From positions 5,085 to 69,084 of the forward strand of contig NZ_QGLF01000001.1 in the NCBI RefSeq assembly GCF_003173055.1: a stretch of 64,000 bases of DNA, in the 5' to 3' direction. Shown piece by piece: positions 47,513-57,293 of this stretch. Made by a program: the position numbers and the translations under genes. The notes beneath the pieces are model-generated. The model made no database searches. It saw only the letters and a list, made by a program, of their open reading frames with translations, and had not been told where the DNA came from. Position 1 is the first letter of the stretch. Every line of letters begins with the position of its first letter. The stretch is from Zavarzinia compransoris (lineage in GTDB: Bacteria > Pseudomonadota > Alphaproteobacteria > Zavarziniales > Zavarziniaceae).

Positions 47513-48079
47513 TCATCCCTTCGATGCCGCCGGCAGCGCATCCGCCGGCGGCGATTCGGGCGGGAAGGGGCGCGGCCAGCGCGCCCAGGCGGTCGGCAGG
47601 CTGGCCAGCAGGCCGGCGACCAGGGCAAGGAGAGCGAAGGTCTCCCGCTCATCGTCGCCCATGCCCGCGAACGCGCCGAGACCGAAGGCGAAAAGGCTGA
47701 TTCCCGGCCCGATCAGCAGCATCAGAAGCGAGAACGGCAGGCGCCGCCCCTTGATGAAGCGGCAGCGCGGGTTGGTCCTGGCGATGGCGGCGATCAGGGC
47801 GCGCACCAGGGGAACGTAAGTCTCGGCGCCGTCGGCGCTGCTCAGCGCGCCCATGTCGCAGGAAAACAGGGTGAAGGTCTCGCCCTGCCATTCGATATCG
47901 CAGCGATAGCGCTGGCTGACCCCCTTGGCCGGATCATGGCCGACATAAAGGGCGGCGATGTCCCGCAGGGGAATGGCGACGGCGTCACGCCCCTCCACCG
48001 CATGCTCCAGGCGATCGTCGTGGAGGCGCCAGACGGTCCGGCGGCCGAAGGCAAGGCCGCGCCCGCGATGTTCCAGCAT
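47513..48079 (-). CDS. hypothetical membrane protein (189 aa)
   Basis: Start MLEHRGRG at 48079. Soluble N-terminal domain plus 2 C-terminal TM helices. No domain recognised. Confidence 0.35.
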   Translation of the reverse strand: MLEHRGRGLAFGRRTVWRLHDDRLEHAVEGRDAVAIPLRDIAALYVGHDPAKGVSQRYRCDIEWQGETFTLFSCDMGALSSADGAETYVPLVRALIAAIARTNPRCRFIKGRRLPFSLLMLLIGPGISLFAFGLGAFAGMGDDERETFALLALVAGLLASLPTAWARWPRPFPPESPPADALPAASKG

Positions 48080-48110
48080 GCCGCACCCCTCGATTCGATC
48101 TGGCGAACGA

Positions 48111-48141
48111 AAAGAAAAAAGGGCGGCATCGCTGCCGCCCT
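48111..48141 (-). terminator. rho-independent terminator of rpsD
   Basis: Minus strand: AAGGGCGGCA-gcga-TGCCGCCCttttttcttttc, immediately downstream of the rpsD stop. Confidence 0.75.
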
Positions 48142-48167
48142 TTGTTTCCGAAAAGCCTGACGGCCGA

Positions 48168-48779
48168 TCAGCGCGAGTAGAACTCGACGACCAGATTCGG
48201 CTCCATCTGCACCGGGTAAGGCACGTCCGAAAGGCCGGGCACGCGGATATAGGTGGCCTTGGTACCGTCGAAGGACAGGTAGTCCGGCACTTCACGCTCC
48301 GACGACTGCTGCGCTTCCATGACCAGGGCCATCTCCTTGGCACGCTGGGTCAGTTCGATCACGTCGCCGATCTTCACCTGATAGGAGGCGATGTTGACGC
48401 GGCGGCCGTTCACCTTGACGTGGCCGTGGTTCACCAGCTGGCGGGCGGCGAAGACGGTGGGCACGAACTTCAGGCGGTAGACGATCGCGTCCAGGCGCTG
48501 TTCGAGCAGGCCGACGAGGTTCTCGCCGGTGTCGCCCTTGCGGCGCACGGCTTCGGCATAGAGGTTACGGAACTGACGCTCGGTCAGGTTGCCGTAATAG
48601 CCCTTCAGCTTCTGCTTGGCGGCCATCTGGATGCCGAAGTCCGAGACCTTGCCCTTGCGGCGCTGGCCATGCTGGCCCGGGCCGTATTCGCGCTTGTTGA
48701 CCGGGCTCTTCGGGCGACCCCAGAGGTTGACGCCGAGACGACGGTTGATCTTGTACTTCGCTTGAACGCGCTTGCTCAT
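48168..48779 (-). CDS. rpsD: 30S ribosomal protein S4
   Basis: [26 protein letters not shown]...[48 protein letters not shown]: full-length S4 including the S4 RNA-binding domain. Confidence 0.9.
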   Translation of the reverse strand: MSKRVQAKYKINRRLGVNLWGRPKSPVNKREYGPGQHGQRRKGKVSDFGIQMAAKQKLKGYYGNLTERQFRNLYAEAVRRKGDTGENLVGLLEQRLDAIVYRLKFVPTVFAARQLVNHGHVKVNGRRVNIASYQVKIGDVIELTQRAKEMALVMEAQQSSEREVPDYLSFDGTKATYIRVPGLSDVPYPVQMEPNLVVEFYSR

Positions 48780-48938
48780 GTTTCCGATGCCGCCAGCATT
48801 TTCCGCTTTTCGCGTCCCGCACCGAGCGGGTAGGAACCAGTAAAAATGATGAGCCGGGGCTATGACACCCCGGCGTAGGTGGCGGACTATAGCCAGCCGG
48901 CCCCAAATGTCAAACCCGTTTCAACGCCGCAAAGCCGA

Positions 48939-48967
48939 TTGACAGCCGGGATTCGCAAGACTATAAC
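48939..48967 (+). promoter_or_regulatory. consensus sigma70 promoter for tRNA-Gln
   Basis: TTGACA (48939-48944), 17-bp spacer, TATAAC (48962-48967), ~25 nt upstream of the mature tRNA 5' end. Confidence 0.7.
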
Positions 48968-48992
48968 GCCGGCCTCGTCGCGACGATCCCGC

Positions 48993-49066
48993 TGGGGGAT
49001 AGTTTAGCGGTAGAACCCCGGACTCTGACTCCGGTAGCTCTGGTTCGAATCCAGGTCCCCCAGCCA
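48993..49066 (+). tRNA. tRNA-Gln (anticodon CTG)
   Basis: TGGGGGA-TA-GTTT-AGCGGTA-GAAC-C-CCGGA-CTCTGAC-TCCGG-TAGC-TCTGG-TTCGAAT-CCAGG-TCCCCCA-G-CCA. Anticodon loop CU-CUG-AC. Closely resembles E. coli tRNA-Gln (UGGGG...CCCCAGCCA). Confidence 0.85.
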
Positions 49067-49319
49067 TCGCTCCTTTCGTCCGCGCAAACCCATGAAATTG
49101 CCGTCTTTCCAGGCCCGGCCGGGGCTTCTCTCCGGCGTCCGGGTCGCGTTGCGGCCCAGGCCTGTGGTCGGTCCGCGCCTGGCGTGGCAGCGGACCGGTT
49201 TCCCTGCCGGCGCAATCGAATCTTACCAAACAGTATGGCGTCGGCGATGTCGGCTTCAGGTTGGCGAAGCATTGTCGTGACCGAGGGCCGCCGATGGCCC
49301 TGTGTCAGGAGAGAAGACA

Positions 49320-49664
49320 ATGACGCATAGTTCCCTAGGTCTGGCCGCCTTTGCGGCGGTCGCCCTGGTTGCGCTGGCTGGCGGCGCGCATGCCGAGAGC
49401 AAGGATCATGACCGGGATGCCGCAGACGCGGCGCTGGCCGGCCAGGTGAAGATTTCCCTGGCGGATGCGGTCACCGCGGCGCAGGCCGCCGGTGCCCTGG
49501 CGGTCAGCGCGGACCTCGCGACCGATGACGGAAAGCCCCGCTACGAAATCGAACTGGCGCAGGGCGACGCCGTGAAGACCGTGTTCGTCGATGCGATGAC
49601 CGGCGCCGTGCTGCCCGGCGAGGCGGCCGGCGGCGACGGTGACGGGGAGCACGACGACGACTGA
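49320..49664 (+). CDS. PepSY domain-containing periplasmic protein
   Basis: Signal peptide then ISLADAVTAAQAAGALAVSADLATDDGKPRYEIELAQGDAVKTVFVDAMTGAVL (PepSY pattern), acidic tail. SD GGAGAGAAG upstream of ATG 49320. Confidence 0.6.
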   Translation: MTHSSLGLAAFAAVALVALAGGAHAESKDHDRDAADAALAGQVKISLADAVTAAQAAGALAVSADLATDDGKPRYEIELAQGDAVKTVFVDAMTGAVLPGEAAGGDGDGEHDDD

Positions 49665-49845
49665 TCGCGGTCGCGGCCACGATCGGCACCGGGCGGAGCG
49701 TCCGGTGCCGATCGTGCGGCTAAGTCCCGGATAATTTGCGGCTGCTATTCGCTCTGTGCCGCCTTGCCCGGTCACGGGCATGGCGCGGCGAAGGCGAAGC
49801 GACGGAGGCCGAGCGGATGTCGTCGAAAGAGCGCGGGAGGCGGCC

Positions 49846-50973
49846 ATGAGATTGGTTCTGGCCTGCCGGAATCTCCTGCACGACCGGGTCAATCTCTGCC
49901 TGGTTGCCGCAGGGGTGGCGATCGCGATCACCCTGGTGCATGTCCAGCTTGGCCTGTTCCTGGGCTTCCGGCAGATGACGTCGGCCATGATCGATCATGC
50001 CGGCGCGGCGCTCTGGGTGGTGCCGAAGGGCACCAGCAACTTCGACGATCCGGCCGGCACCCTGGGGATCGATCCCACCGCCGCCGCGGCCGTGCCGGGC
50101 GTAAGCCGCGCAAGCCCGCTGGTCGTGGGGTTCGCGCGCTGGCAGGCCGCCCGAGGCGATGCCACGTCCGTCATCCTGATCGGCACGACCGCCGGCGCCG
50201 ACCGGCATCTGCCGTGGTCGTCGGAGGTGGACGCCGGCACGGCGCTGCGGCAGCCCGATGCCGTCGTCGTCGATCGGACCTATGCCGGCGATCTCGGCAT
50301 CGCCCGTTCGGGTGAACTGGTGCAGATCGAGGAGAGCCGGGCAAGGATCGCGGGCTTCACGCACGGCATCCGGTCGTTCACGACCTCGCCCTACGTCTTC
50401 ACCAGGATCGATCGGGCGCGGAACGCCCTTGGTCTCGAGACCGGCGCCGCAACCTACCTGACGATCGAACTGGAGGAGGGCGCCGCGCCGGCCGGGGTGC
50501 AGGCCGAACTCGCAAGGCGCCTGCCGTCCGCCGAGGTCCTGACGACGGCCGAATTCCGTGCGCTCAATGCCGATCACTGGCTGTTTTCGACCGGGGCGGG
50601 CGCGGCGCTTCTGAGCGGCGCCATCCTGGGGCTCGCGGTCGGCATCGCGATCGTCGCGCAAACGCTCTACGGCAGCGCCAAAGACCACCTGCCGCAGTTT
50701 GCGACGCTGCGGGCATTGGGGGCGAGGAGCCGCTATCTGGTCGATGTCGTTCTGTGGCAGGCCTGCGCCAGCGGGGTCCTCGGCTATTCGGTGGCGCTGG
50801 CTGCGGGGGCTGGGATCGCCGCGGCAACCGCCGGCACGGCGATGCCGGTCGTGCTGTCCTGGCCCCTGGCCGGCCTGCTGCTGGCCTTGACGCTGATGAT
50901 CTGCGCCGGATCGTCGATGGCGGCGGTGATCAGGGTCTTGCGCGTCGACCCCATGCTGGTCCTCGCGCGATGA
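49846..50973 (+). CDS. ABC transporter permease, FtsX-like (DevC family)
   Basis: N-terminal TM, large periplasmic domain (MacB_PCD-like), C-terminal FtsX 3-TM bundle (LFSTGAGAALLSGAILGLAVGIAIVAQTLY...). 375 aa. Confidence 0.7.
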   Translation: MRLVLACRNLLHDRVNLCLVAAGVAIAITLVHVQLGLFLGFRQMTSAMIDHAGAALWVVPKGTSNFDDPAGTLGIDPTAAAAVPGVSRASPLVVGFARWQAARGDATSVILIGTTAGADRHLPWSSEVDAGTALRQPDAVVVDRTYAGDLGIARSGELVQIEESRARIAGFTHGIRSFTTSPYVFTRIDRARNALGLETGAATYLTIELEEGAAPAGVQAELARRLPSAEVLTTAEFRALNADHWLFSTGAGAALLSGAILGLAVGIAIVAQTLYGSAKDHLPQFATLRALGARSRYLVDVVLWQACASGVLGYSVALAAGAGIAAATAGTAMPVVLSWPLAGLLLALTLMICAGSSMAAVIRVLRVDPMLVLAR

Positions 50974-51707
50974 CCCGATTGCCGATGGTCGAGGCCCGCA
51001 AGGTCGTCCAGATGCTGCCCGGCGGGGCCGGCCCGGTGACCGTGCTGCGCGAGGTGTCGCTGTCGCTTTTCGCCGGCGATCTCACGCTGTTGTCCGGGCC
51101 CTCCGGCAGCGGCAAGACGACCTTGCTGTCCATCCTCGGCTGTCTGCGCCGGCCCACGCAAGGCACCCTCAGCATCATGGGCGAGAATGTAACTGGCTAT
51201 GATGCCGGCGCGCTGGCACGCGTGCGCAGGCTGCGCATCGGCTTCGTGTTCCAGCACTACAATCTCTTTCCCGCCCTGACCGCGAGGGAGAATCTCCGCC
51301 TGGCCCTCGATGCCTGCGATTGGGACGGCGCGGATCCATCCGCCCGGGTCGAGCATGTCCTGGCCGAAGTCGGCCTGACGGCACGCGGCGAGGCGAAGCC
51401 GGCGGCCATGAGCGGCGGCGAGCAGCAGCGCCTGGCGATCGGCCGGGCGATCGCCGCGGGGGCGCCGGTCATCCTGGCCGACGAGCCGACATCGGCGCTC
51501 GATGCCCGCAACGGGCAGATCGTGATGGAACTCCTGACGGAACTGGCCCACCGGCGGTCCGCCACCGTGCTGGCCGTGACGCATGATCCGCGGACGGAAC
51601 CCTATGCCGATCGAATGGTGCGGATCGAAGATGGCGCGATTACGCAGGACGAGAGGCGAAAAATCTCGTCGCGGCTCACCTCGTCACGGGACTACAGGCA
51701 TGAATGA
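50970..51707 (+). CDS. ABC transporter ATP-binding protein (DevA/MacB-NBD-like)
   Basis: Walker A GPSGSGKTT, Q-loop, signature MSGGEQQRLAIGRA, Walker B VILADEPTSALD, H-loop VTHD. ATGA overlap with permease stop. Confidence 0.85.
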   Translation: MTRLPMVEARKVVQMLPGGAGPVTVLREVSLSLFAGDLTLLSGPSGSGKTTLLSILGCLRRPTQGTLSIMGENVTGYDAGALARVRRLRIGFVFQHYNLFPALTARENLRLALDACDWDGADPSARVEHVLAEVGLTARGEAKPAAMSGGEQQRLAIGRAIAAGAPVILADEPTSALDARNGQIVMELLTELAHRRSATVLAVTHDPRTEPYADRMVRIEDGAITQDERRKISSRLTSSRDYRHE

Positions 51708-52734
51708 CCATACCCGGCGCAACATCGCCTTCGGCCTCGTCGGCCTCGCCTGCCTGGCGGGCCTGCCCATGCTGATGCGACCTCCGGCGGTCCAGGCCGC
51801 GCCGCCGCCCGGGGCCGGGCGGGATCATTGGACGGCCGCGGCGCCCGGCATCGTCGAGCCCGGGACGGGCTTCATCCGTATCTCCGTCGCCGAACCGGGC
51901 CGGATCGCGAGCGTGAATGTCCAGGCGGGCGCGACTGTACAGGCCGAGGATGTCCTGTTCAGGATGGCGGACGCCGAGCCGCGGGCCCATGTCCGCGCCG
52001 CCGAGGCCGAGCTTGCCTTGCGCCTGGCCGAACGCGACGGCGCCATCGACCGGCTGGCGGGCGATCCGGTCATGGCCGCGAAGGATGCCCTGGCCGCTGC
52101 GGACCGGGCCGTGTTTTCGCTGCGGGAAGAACTCGATGCCGTCTCCGGGGCGGCCGGCAGGGCCGGCCCGCGCGCGGATCTCGCCGCCGCCTCGGCCGCC
52201 CGGCATCGCGCGGCCGAGGCCTTGGGCGTCGCGGAAGCGGCGGCGGGGCCGCGCCCGTTCAATCGCAAGGAAGCGGCGGTCGATGTCGCGCGGGCGGAAC
52301 TGGCCCGGGCCTGGGCCGCCTTGGAACTGACGAGGATACGGGCGCCCGTCGATGGAACGGTCCTGGCCGTCTCGGGCCAGCCCGGCGAACTGGCCCTGCC
52401 CTCGCTCGAACAGCCGGTCGTCATCATGGGCGCTCATGGTTCCATGGCCGTGCATGCCGAGCTTGACGGAAGAGACGCGGGCAAGGTCCACCCGGGGGAC
52501 GACGTCAGCCTCCATGACGAAACGGGCGCCGTCGCCGGCCATGGCACCGTCTCGGCCGTGTCGCCGATGATCGGCCGGCGCACCATCGGCAATGGTGGCA
52601 ATACCCGCAGCGTCCTTGCCGATGTGCAGGTTGTGAAGATCCTGGTCGATGACGGTGCACAGGTGCTGCCGGGGGGCCGGGTCGACGTCTATTTCATGCC
52701 GCCCGGCGCCGATGGCCCGGAAAGGAGCCGATGA
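51700..52734 (+). CDS. HlyD-family periplasmic adaptor (membrane fusion protein, DevB-like)
   Basis: N-terminal TM anchor, long Ala-rich coiled-coil hairpin, beta-barrel/lipoyl-like motifs (IRAPVDGTVLAVSGQPGE). 8-nt overlap with the ATPase gene. Confidence 0.65.
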   Translation: MNDHTRRNIAFGLVGLACLAGLPMLMRPPAVQAAPPPGAGRDHWTAAAPGIVEPGTGFIRISVAEPGRIASVNVQAGATVQAEDVLFRMADAEPRAHVRAAEAELALRLAERDGAIDRLAGDPVMAAKDALAAADRAVFSLREELDAVSGAAGRAGPRADLAAASAARHRAAEALGVAEAAAGPRPFNRKEAAVDVARAELARAWAALELTRIRAPVDGTVLAVSGQPGELALPSLEQPVVIMGAHGSMAVHAELDGRDAGKVHPGDDVSLHDETGAVAGHGTVSAVSPMIGRRTIGNGGNTRSVLADVQVVKILVDDGAQVLPGGRVDVYFMPPGADGPERSR

Positions 52735-53372
52735 TGCAATGGAACCCTTGGCAAGCGTTGCCGGTGCCAAAGACCGCGGGCAGGGCCGCCTGCTGGCTGG
52801 CGTTCGCCATGGCGATCGCCGCTGGTCCGGCAGCCCATGCCACGCCCGGCCCTGAACAGGCCATCGCCTATGTCCGCGCCGAGGCGGCGGAGGGGATCGG
52901 CATCCTGGGGGATGCCCGGCTGACCCCGGACCAGCGGCGGGAGAAATTCCGCACCTTCCTGATGGCGGCGCTGGATGTGAAGGCCATCGGCCAGTATGTG
53001 TGCGGCTCGTATTGGGCCAAGGCAGGCGATGACCAGAGGACGCGGTTCTACGCCGTCTTCGAAGGCGCGCTGCTGCGCACCTATATCGATCTCCTTGACG
53101 ATTACTCAGGGCAGAGCGTCGATGTCTCGGAGGCCAAGGCGGCGGGCGATATCATGGTGGTGACCACCAGCGTCACCGGCGGAAGCAGCCAGGACACGCG
53201 CAGCCTGGACTGGGAAGTGCTGGAAAGCGGCCGGACGCTGAAGCTGTTCGATATCGTGGTCGACGGCGTCAGCACCACCGACACGACCCGCGAGGATTAC
53301 CTCGCGGTCTTGCGGCAGGCCGGCGGCGATCTCGATGCTCTGATCGCAAGACTGCCGCCGGCGACGCCCTGA
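52731..53372 (+). CDS. mlaC: MlaC/Ttg2D-family phospholipid-binding periplasmic protein
   Basis: Signal peptide, then PDQRREKFRTFLMAALDVKAIGQYVCGSYWAKAGDDQRTRFYAVFEGALLRTYIDLL matches the Ttg2D/MlaC (toluene tolerance) family pattern. Confidence 0.7.
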   Translation: MMQWNPWQALPVPKTAGRAACWLAFAMAIAAGPAAHATPGPEQAIAYVRAEAAEGIGILGDARLTPDQRREKFRTFLMAALDVKAIGQYVCGSYWAKAGDDQRTRFYAVFEGALLRTYIDLLDDYSGQSVDVSEAKAAGDIMVVTTSVTGGSSQDTRSLDWEVLESGRTLKLFDIVVDGVSTTDTTREDYLAVLRQAGGDLDALIARLPPATP

Positions 53373-54110
53373 ATGCGCATGCCCGTCCAGGCCCGGCGGC
53401 TGTTGGCCGCTGTTCTGTTGCTGTCGGCGGCCGGCCTCGGCGGCTGCGCGACCGTATCCCCGGGCAGGGCGGCGGCGGCGGTGCCGGACGACCCCCTGGA
53501 GGGGTTGAACAGGGGCGTTTTCGAGGTCAACCAGGCGATCGACGCTTCGATCGCCAGGCCTGTCGCCGCAGCCTACAGCGGCAATGTGCCGGCCGACCTG
53601 CGGCAGGGGCTGTCGAACGCCCTGTCCAATCTTCGGGAACCCTACAGTTTCGTCAACGACCTGCTTCAAGCCAGAAGCTGCCAGGCCGCGGAAGCGCTGA
53701 TCCGGTTCCTTGTGAACAGTACCGTCGGTATCGCGGGGGTCTTCGATGTCGCCGGCGACCACCTGGGCATCGGTCACCACGACAATGACTTCGGCCTGAC
53801 GCTGGCCGCCTGGGGGATCCCGGACGGGCCCTATCTGGTGCTGCCGCTTCTTGGTCCGTCCAACCTGCGCGATGCGGGCGGTGCCGTGCTCGAATGGTTC
53901 GCCGAACCGGTCGACCTTGCCTTTGCCGAAGCCGGGGTCGACTACCTGTCCTATGTGCGGGCCGGGCTCGAAGCGCTCGACGACCGCGCCGACGCCCTGA
54001 AGGATCTCGATCACCTGAACGCCACGGCGCTCGACCGCTATGCCGCCTATCGCTCGGCCGCACGCCAAAGCCGCACCCGCGCGCAGCGGGCGCCGCGCTG
54101 CCAACTCTGA
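53373..54110 (+). CDS. mlaA: MlaA/VacJ-family outer-membrane lipoprotein
   Basis: Lipobox LGGCAT; DPLEGLNRGVFEVNQAIDASIARPVAAAY...LREPYSFVNDLLQ is the conserved MlaA N-terminal signature. Confidence 0.75.
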   Translation: MRMPVQARRLLAAVLLLSAAGLGGCATVSPGRAAAAVPDDPLEGLNRGVFEVNQAIDASIARPVAAAYSGNVPADLRQGLSNALSNLREPYSFVNDLLQARSCQAAEALIRFLVNSTVGIAGVFDVAGDHLGIGHHDNDFGLTLAAWGIPDGPYLVLPLLGPSNLRDAGGAVLEWFAEPVDLAFAEAGVDYLSYVRAGLEALDDRADALKDLDHLNATALDRYAAYRSAARQSRTRAQRAPRCQL

Positions 54111-54121
54111 CCGGGCCGGCT

Positions 54122-55504
54122 CTAATTCTGCGCTGCCGCCGCCTTCGAAATGGCGATCCCGTATTTCTTCAGCCGGTGCCACAGGCTGCGCTCGTTGATG
54201 CCCAGCAGTTCCGCGGCGCGAACCTGGACGCCGTTGGCCTGCTTGAGGGCGGCAAGGATATATCGCCGCTCGAATACCGCGGCTTCCTCATCGAGCAGGA
54301 TCGGGAAGCCGGCCCCCGGCTCGGCCGCGGGGCGTTCGGTCAGATAGGCGGGCAGGTCGCGGGCCTCGATCGTGCGCCCTTTCGACTGGATCAGCAGGCG
54401 TTCCACGCAGTTCTGAAGCTCGCGGACATTGCCGGGCCAGCGGTAGGCGGAGAGCAGCCGTGCCGCCTCGGCACTGAACTGAATGCCGCGCTTCCCCAGT
54501 GATGACGAGAGCTGGTTGACGAACAGGTCCAGCAGGAGAGGAATGTCTTCCGGCCGTTCCCGCAAGGCGGGCAGGGCGATCGGGAAAACCGCAAGGCGAT
54601 AATAGAGGTCTTCGCGGAAACGGCCTTCGCCCGCCATGGCCAGCAGATCGCGGTTGGTCGCGGCGATGATGCGGACGTCGGCCGAGCGCTGGCTCGATCC
54701 CCCTACCGGCTCGTATTGCCTTTCCTGCAGCACGCGCAGGATCTTGGCCTGCAGGTGAAGCGGCATGTCGCCCACTTCGTCCAGAAACAGCGTGCCGCCC
54801 TCCGCCTGCCCGAAGCGCCCGGTCCTGTTGGTCAGGGCGCCGGTAAAACTGCCCTTCACATGGCCGAAGAATTCGCTTTCCAGCAGGTTCTCGGGGATCG
54901 CGGCGCAGTTGACGGCGACGAAGGGCTTGCGATGGCGGGGACTGTTGAAATGGATGGCCCTGGCGACGACCTCTTTTCCCGTGCCGCTTTCTCCGGTCAG
55001 GAGCACGGTCGTGCGCTGCTCGCAGACTTCGCCGACGGACCGGATGACGGCGCGGAAACTGCCGGAGTTACCGACCAGGGAGTCGAATTTATAGCGCCCG
55101 GCCAGTTCCTGGCGCAGATGCTCGTTGTCGCGCAGGGCATCGCGCAGGCGAAGCGCATTGGCCAAGGTGGTCGACAGGTCATCCTGCTCGATCGGCTTGT
55201 CGATATAGTCGAAGGCGCCGTCCTTGATCGCCTGCACGGCATCCCGCACCGAACTGAAGGCGGTCATGATGACGACGGGCATGGCCGGGTGCTTGGAACG
55301 TATCTCGGCCAGCAATTCCCGGCCGCCCATGACCGGCATCCTGAGGTCGGTCAGCACCAGGTCGACCTGTTCCCGTTCCAGGATGTTCAGGGCTTCGGCG
55401 CCGTTGGCCGCCGCGACGCTGGCATAGCCGAGCGCCTCCAGCGCGCCGGAAAGGACGTCGAGGAGACGGATCTCATCGTCAACGATCAGGATCGTGTGGG
55501 GCAT
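54122..55504 (-). CDS. sigma-54-dependent response regulator (NtrC/Fis family: REC + AAA+ + HTH)
   Basis: REC domain (ILIVDDE...DLVLTDLRMP), AAA+ Walker A GESGTGKE, GSFTGA (GAFTGA variant), ESELFGH, R-finger, C-terminal Fis-type HTH. Start MPHTIL at 55504. Confidence 0.85.
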   Translation of the reverse strand: MPHTILIVDDEIRLLDVLSGALEALGYASVAAANGAEALNILEREQVDLVLTDLRMPVMGGRELLAEIRSKHPAMPVVIMTAFSSVRDAVQAIKDGAFDYIDKPIEQDDLSTTLANALRLRDALRDNEHLRQELAGRYKFDSLVGNSGSFRAVIRSVGEVCEQRTTVLLTGESGTGKEVVARAIHFNSPRHRKPFVAVNCAAIPENLLESEFFGHVKGSFTGALTNRTGRFGQAEGGTLFLDEVGDMPLHLQAKILRVLQERQYEPVGGSSQRSADVRIIAATNRDLLAMAGEGRFREDLYYRLAVFPIALPALRERPEDIPLLLDLFVNQLSSSLGKRGIQFSAEAARLLSAYRWPGNVRELQNCVERLLIQSKGRTIEARDLPAYLTERPAAEPGAGFPILLDEEAAVFERRYILAALKQANGVQVRAAELLGINERSLWHRLKKYGIAISKAAAAQN

Positions 55505-57293
55505 TGCCCTGCCTCCGGTCCGAACGTGGGACCACAAATTCGAAGATCGCGCCGCCGTCAAGGTGGTTCCGGGCCTCGACCCAGCCGCCATGTCCCTCGG
55601 CGACGGCGAAGACTTTCGCCAGTCCGAGTCCCGTCCCGCCGCTTTTCGTCGTGACGAACGGATCGAAGATCCGGGCGAGCAGCGGGTCGGGAATGCCGGG
55701 ACCATTGTCGGCGATGCGCAGGTGGACCTCGTCGTCCTCGGCCGCGATATCGATGGAGAGGCGCGGCGGCGGCCCCGCCGGGGCGGCCTTGCCCGGTTCC
55801 CCCGCCATCGCCTGCAAGGCGTTGAGCACGAGGTTGAGGCCGGCCTGGATCATCTGATCGAAATCGACGCAGGCTTTGGCGCCGCCGCTGTGATCGAGAA
55901 CCTGCACAGCCACCCCCAGGCGTTCGATCTCGCTCTGGCAGATGCCGAGCACATGGGTGACCAGATCATGCACCGCGATCTCCACCTGGCGCTGGGGCGG
56001 GCGGGCGAAGGCCAGGAAATCGCGGATAAGGCGATCGATGCGCCGCACCTCGTCCACGACGTAGCCGATCCGCCGCCGCTCGACCTCGGTCAGGCTGGCG
56101 CTGGCTTCCAGCAGCTCGGCCGAGGTCTTGATGATACCGAGCGGGTTGCGCACCTCGTGGGCAAGGCCGGCCGCGACCTCGCCCAGCGTGATCATCCGTT
56201 CGCGCCGCCGCAGCTTGGCCTCGCGCTTGCGCAGGCCTTCCAGTTGGCGCGCCATGGAATTGAAGGCGACGGCCAGCTGAGCCAGCTCGTCGTGGCCGAC
56301 CACGGGGACGCGTTCCGAGAAATCCCCTTCGGCAATCGCGTTCACGCCCGCCGCAAGCCGCGTGACCGGCCTGACGAGCAGGCGCGACATGATCAGGCCG
56401 GCGCCGATCGACAGCGCCATCCCCAGGGCGAAGATGCCGATGAAGAGGTTCCAGCGGGTCACCCAGCCGGCAAGGCCGGCATTGGAGTTGAGGCCGCAGT
56501 AAAGGATGCCGATCAGCTTGCCGTTGGCGACGAACGGCGTGTAGATGCCGATCGATTGCGCGCTGCCGGTGGTATCGGCCGAGACATATCCATTGCCCGC
56601 CTGGCCGCCGGTGAGCGATTCGGTCACCGCCAGCGGCAATCTGGCCTGGCCGTCGGGCGTCGCCTGCGACGAATACACTTCGACGAAATCGCCATCGAGG
56701 TTGTAGTAGACCCGTATCATCAGGGATGACATCGCGCCCATGTTGCTGATGAAGCTCTGGTCGATCAGGGTTCCCAGCAGCACCGTATAGGCGCGGCCGC
56801 CCAGCTGGAGATGGCGGGAGCCGGCGGCCATCAGGATCGGCCGCTGGCCTTGGTGGTACAGGTAGATCGCCTGTCCGGCGACGAACGAAATGCTGGTGAA
56901 GGCTGCCTGCGGGCCGGTGGAAAACACCACTTCGTCCTGATCGTCGAAGATCGCCAGGATGTCGTAGCCCAGCGTGTCGATCATGCGCTGCACCAGGGGC
57001 GGCAGGTCGTGCGTCTCGCCGGTGATCAGCGGTATCAGGACGCCTTCTTCCACCAGGGCATTGGCGGTCTGCGCCGTCTCCAGCCGCTCATCGAGGATAT
57101 CGGCGGCGAAGAAGCGCGAGATCTGGAACAGCCAGGTTTCCACATCCGTCCGGAAGTTTCTCACCACGACATGGGATGTGAAATCGGTGACGATCAGCAT
57201 CGGCACGAGACAGATGGCGACGAAGATACCGGCCAGTTTCCACCGGATCGATCGTGCCCACCACGCCCCCGCGGCACCGAGGCGGAGGGTCAA
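55479..57293 (-). CDS. sensor histidine kinase with large periplasmic sensing domain (TM-sensor-TM-HAMP-HisKA-HATPase)
   Basis: H-box LAHEVRNPLGI, N-box LVLNALQA, G-boxes DNGPGI / GGTGLGL. Two TM helices flank a ~270-aa periplasmic domain. 5' end uncertain: only TTG at 57293 (SD GAGGAGG too close) or ATG at 57404 inside the upstream DMT gene. Confidence 0.65.
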   Translation of the reverse strand: MTLRLGAAGAWWARSIRWKLAGIFVAICLVPMLIVTDFTSHVVVRNFRTDVETWLFQISRFFAADILDERLETAQTANALVEEGVLIPLITGETHDLPPLVQRMIDTLGYDILAIFDDQDEVVFSTGPQAAFTSISFVAGQAIYLYHQGQRPILMAAGSRHLQLGGRAYTVLLGTLIDQSFISNMGAMSSLMIRVYYNLDGDFVEVYSSQATPDGQARLPLAVTESLTGGQAGNGYVSADTTGSAQSIGIYTPFVANGKLIGILYCGLNSNAGLAGWVTRWNLFIGIFALGMALSIGAGLIMSRLLVRPVTRLAAGVNAIAEGDFSERVPVVGHDELAQLAVAFNSMARQLEGLRKREAKLRRRERMITLGEVAAGLAHEVRNPLGIIKTSAELLEASASLTEVERRRIGYVVDEVRRIDRLIRDFLAFARPPQRQVEIAVHDLVTHVLGICQSEIERLGVAVQVLDHSGGAKACVDFDQMIQAGLNLVLNALQAMAGEPGKAAPAGPPPRLSIDIAAEDDEVHLRIADNGPGIPDPLLARIFDPFVTTKSGGTGLGLAKVFAVAEGHGGWVEARNHLDGGAIFEFVVPRSDRRQGNAPHDPDR

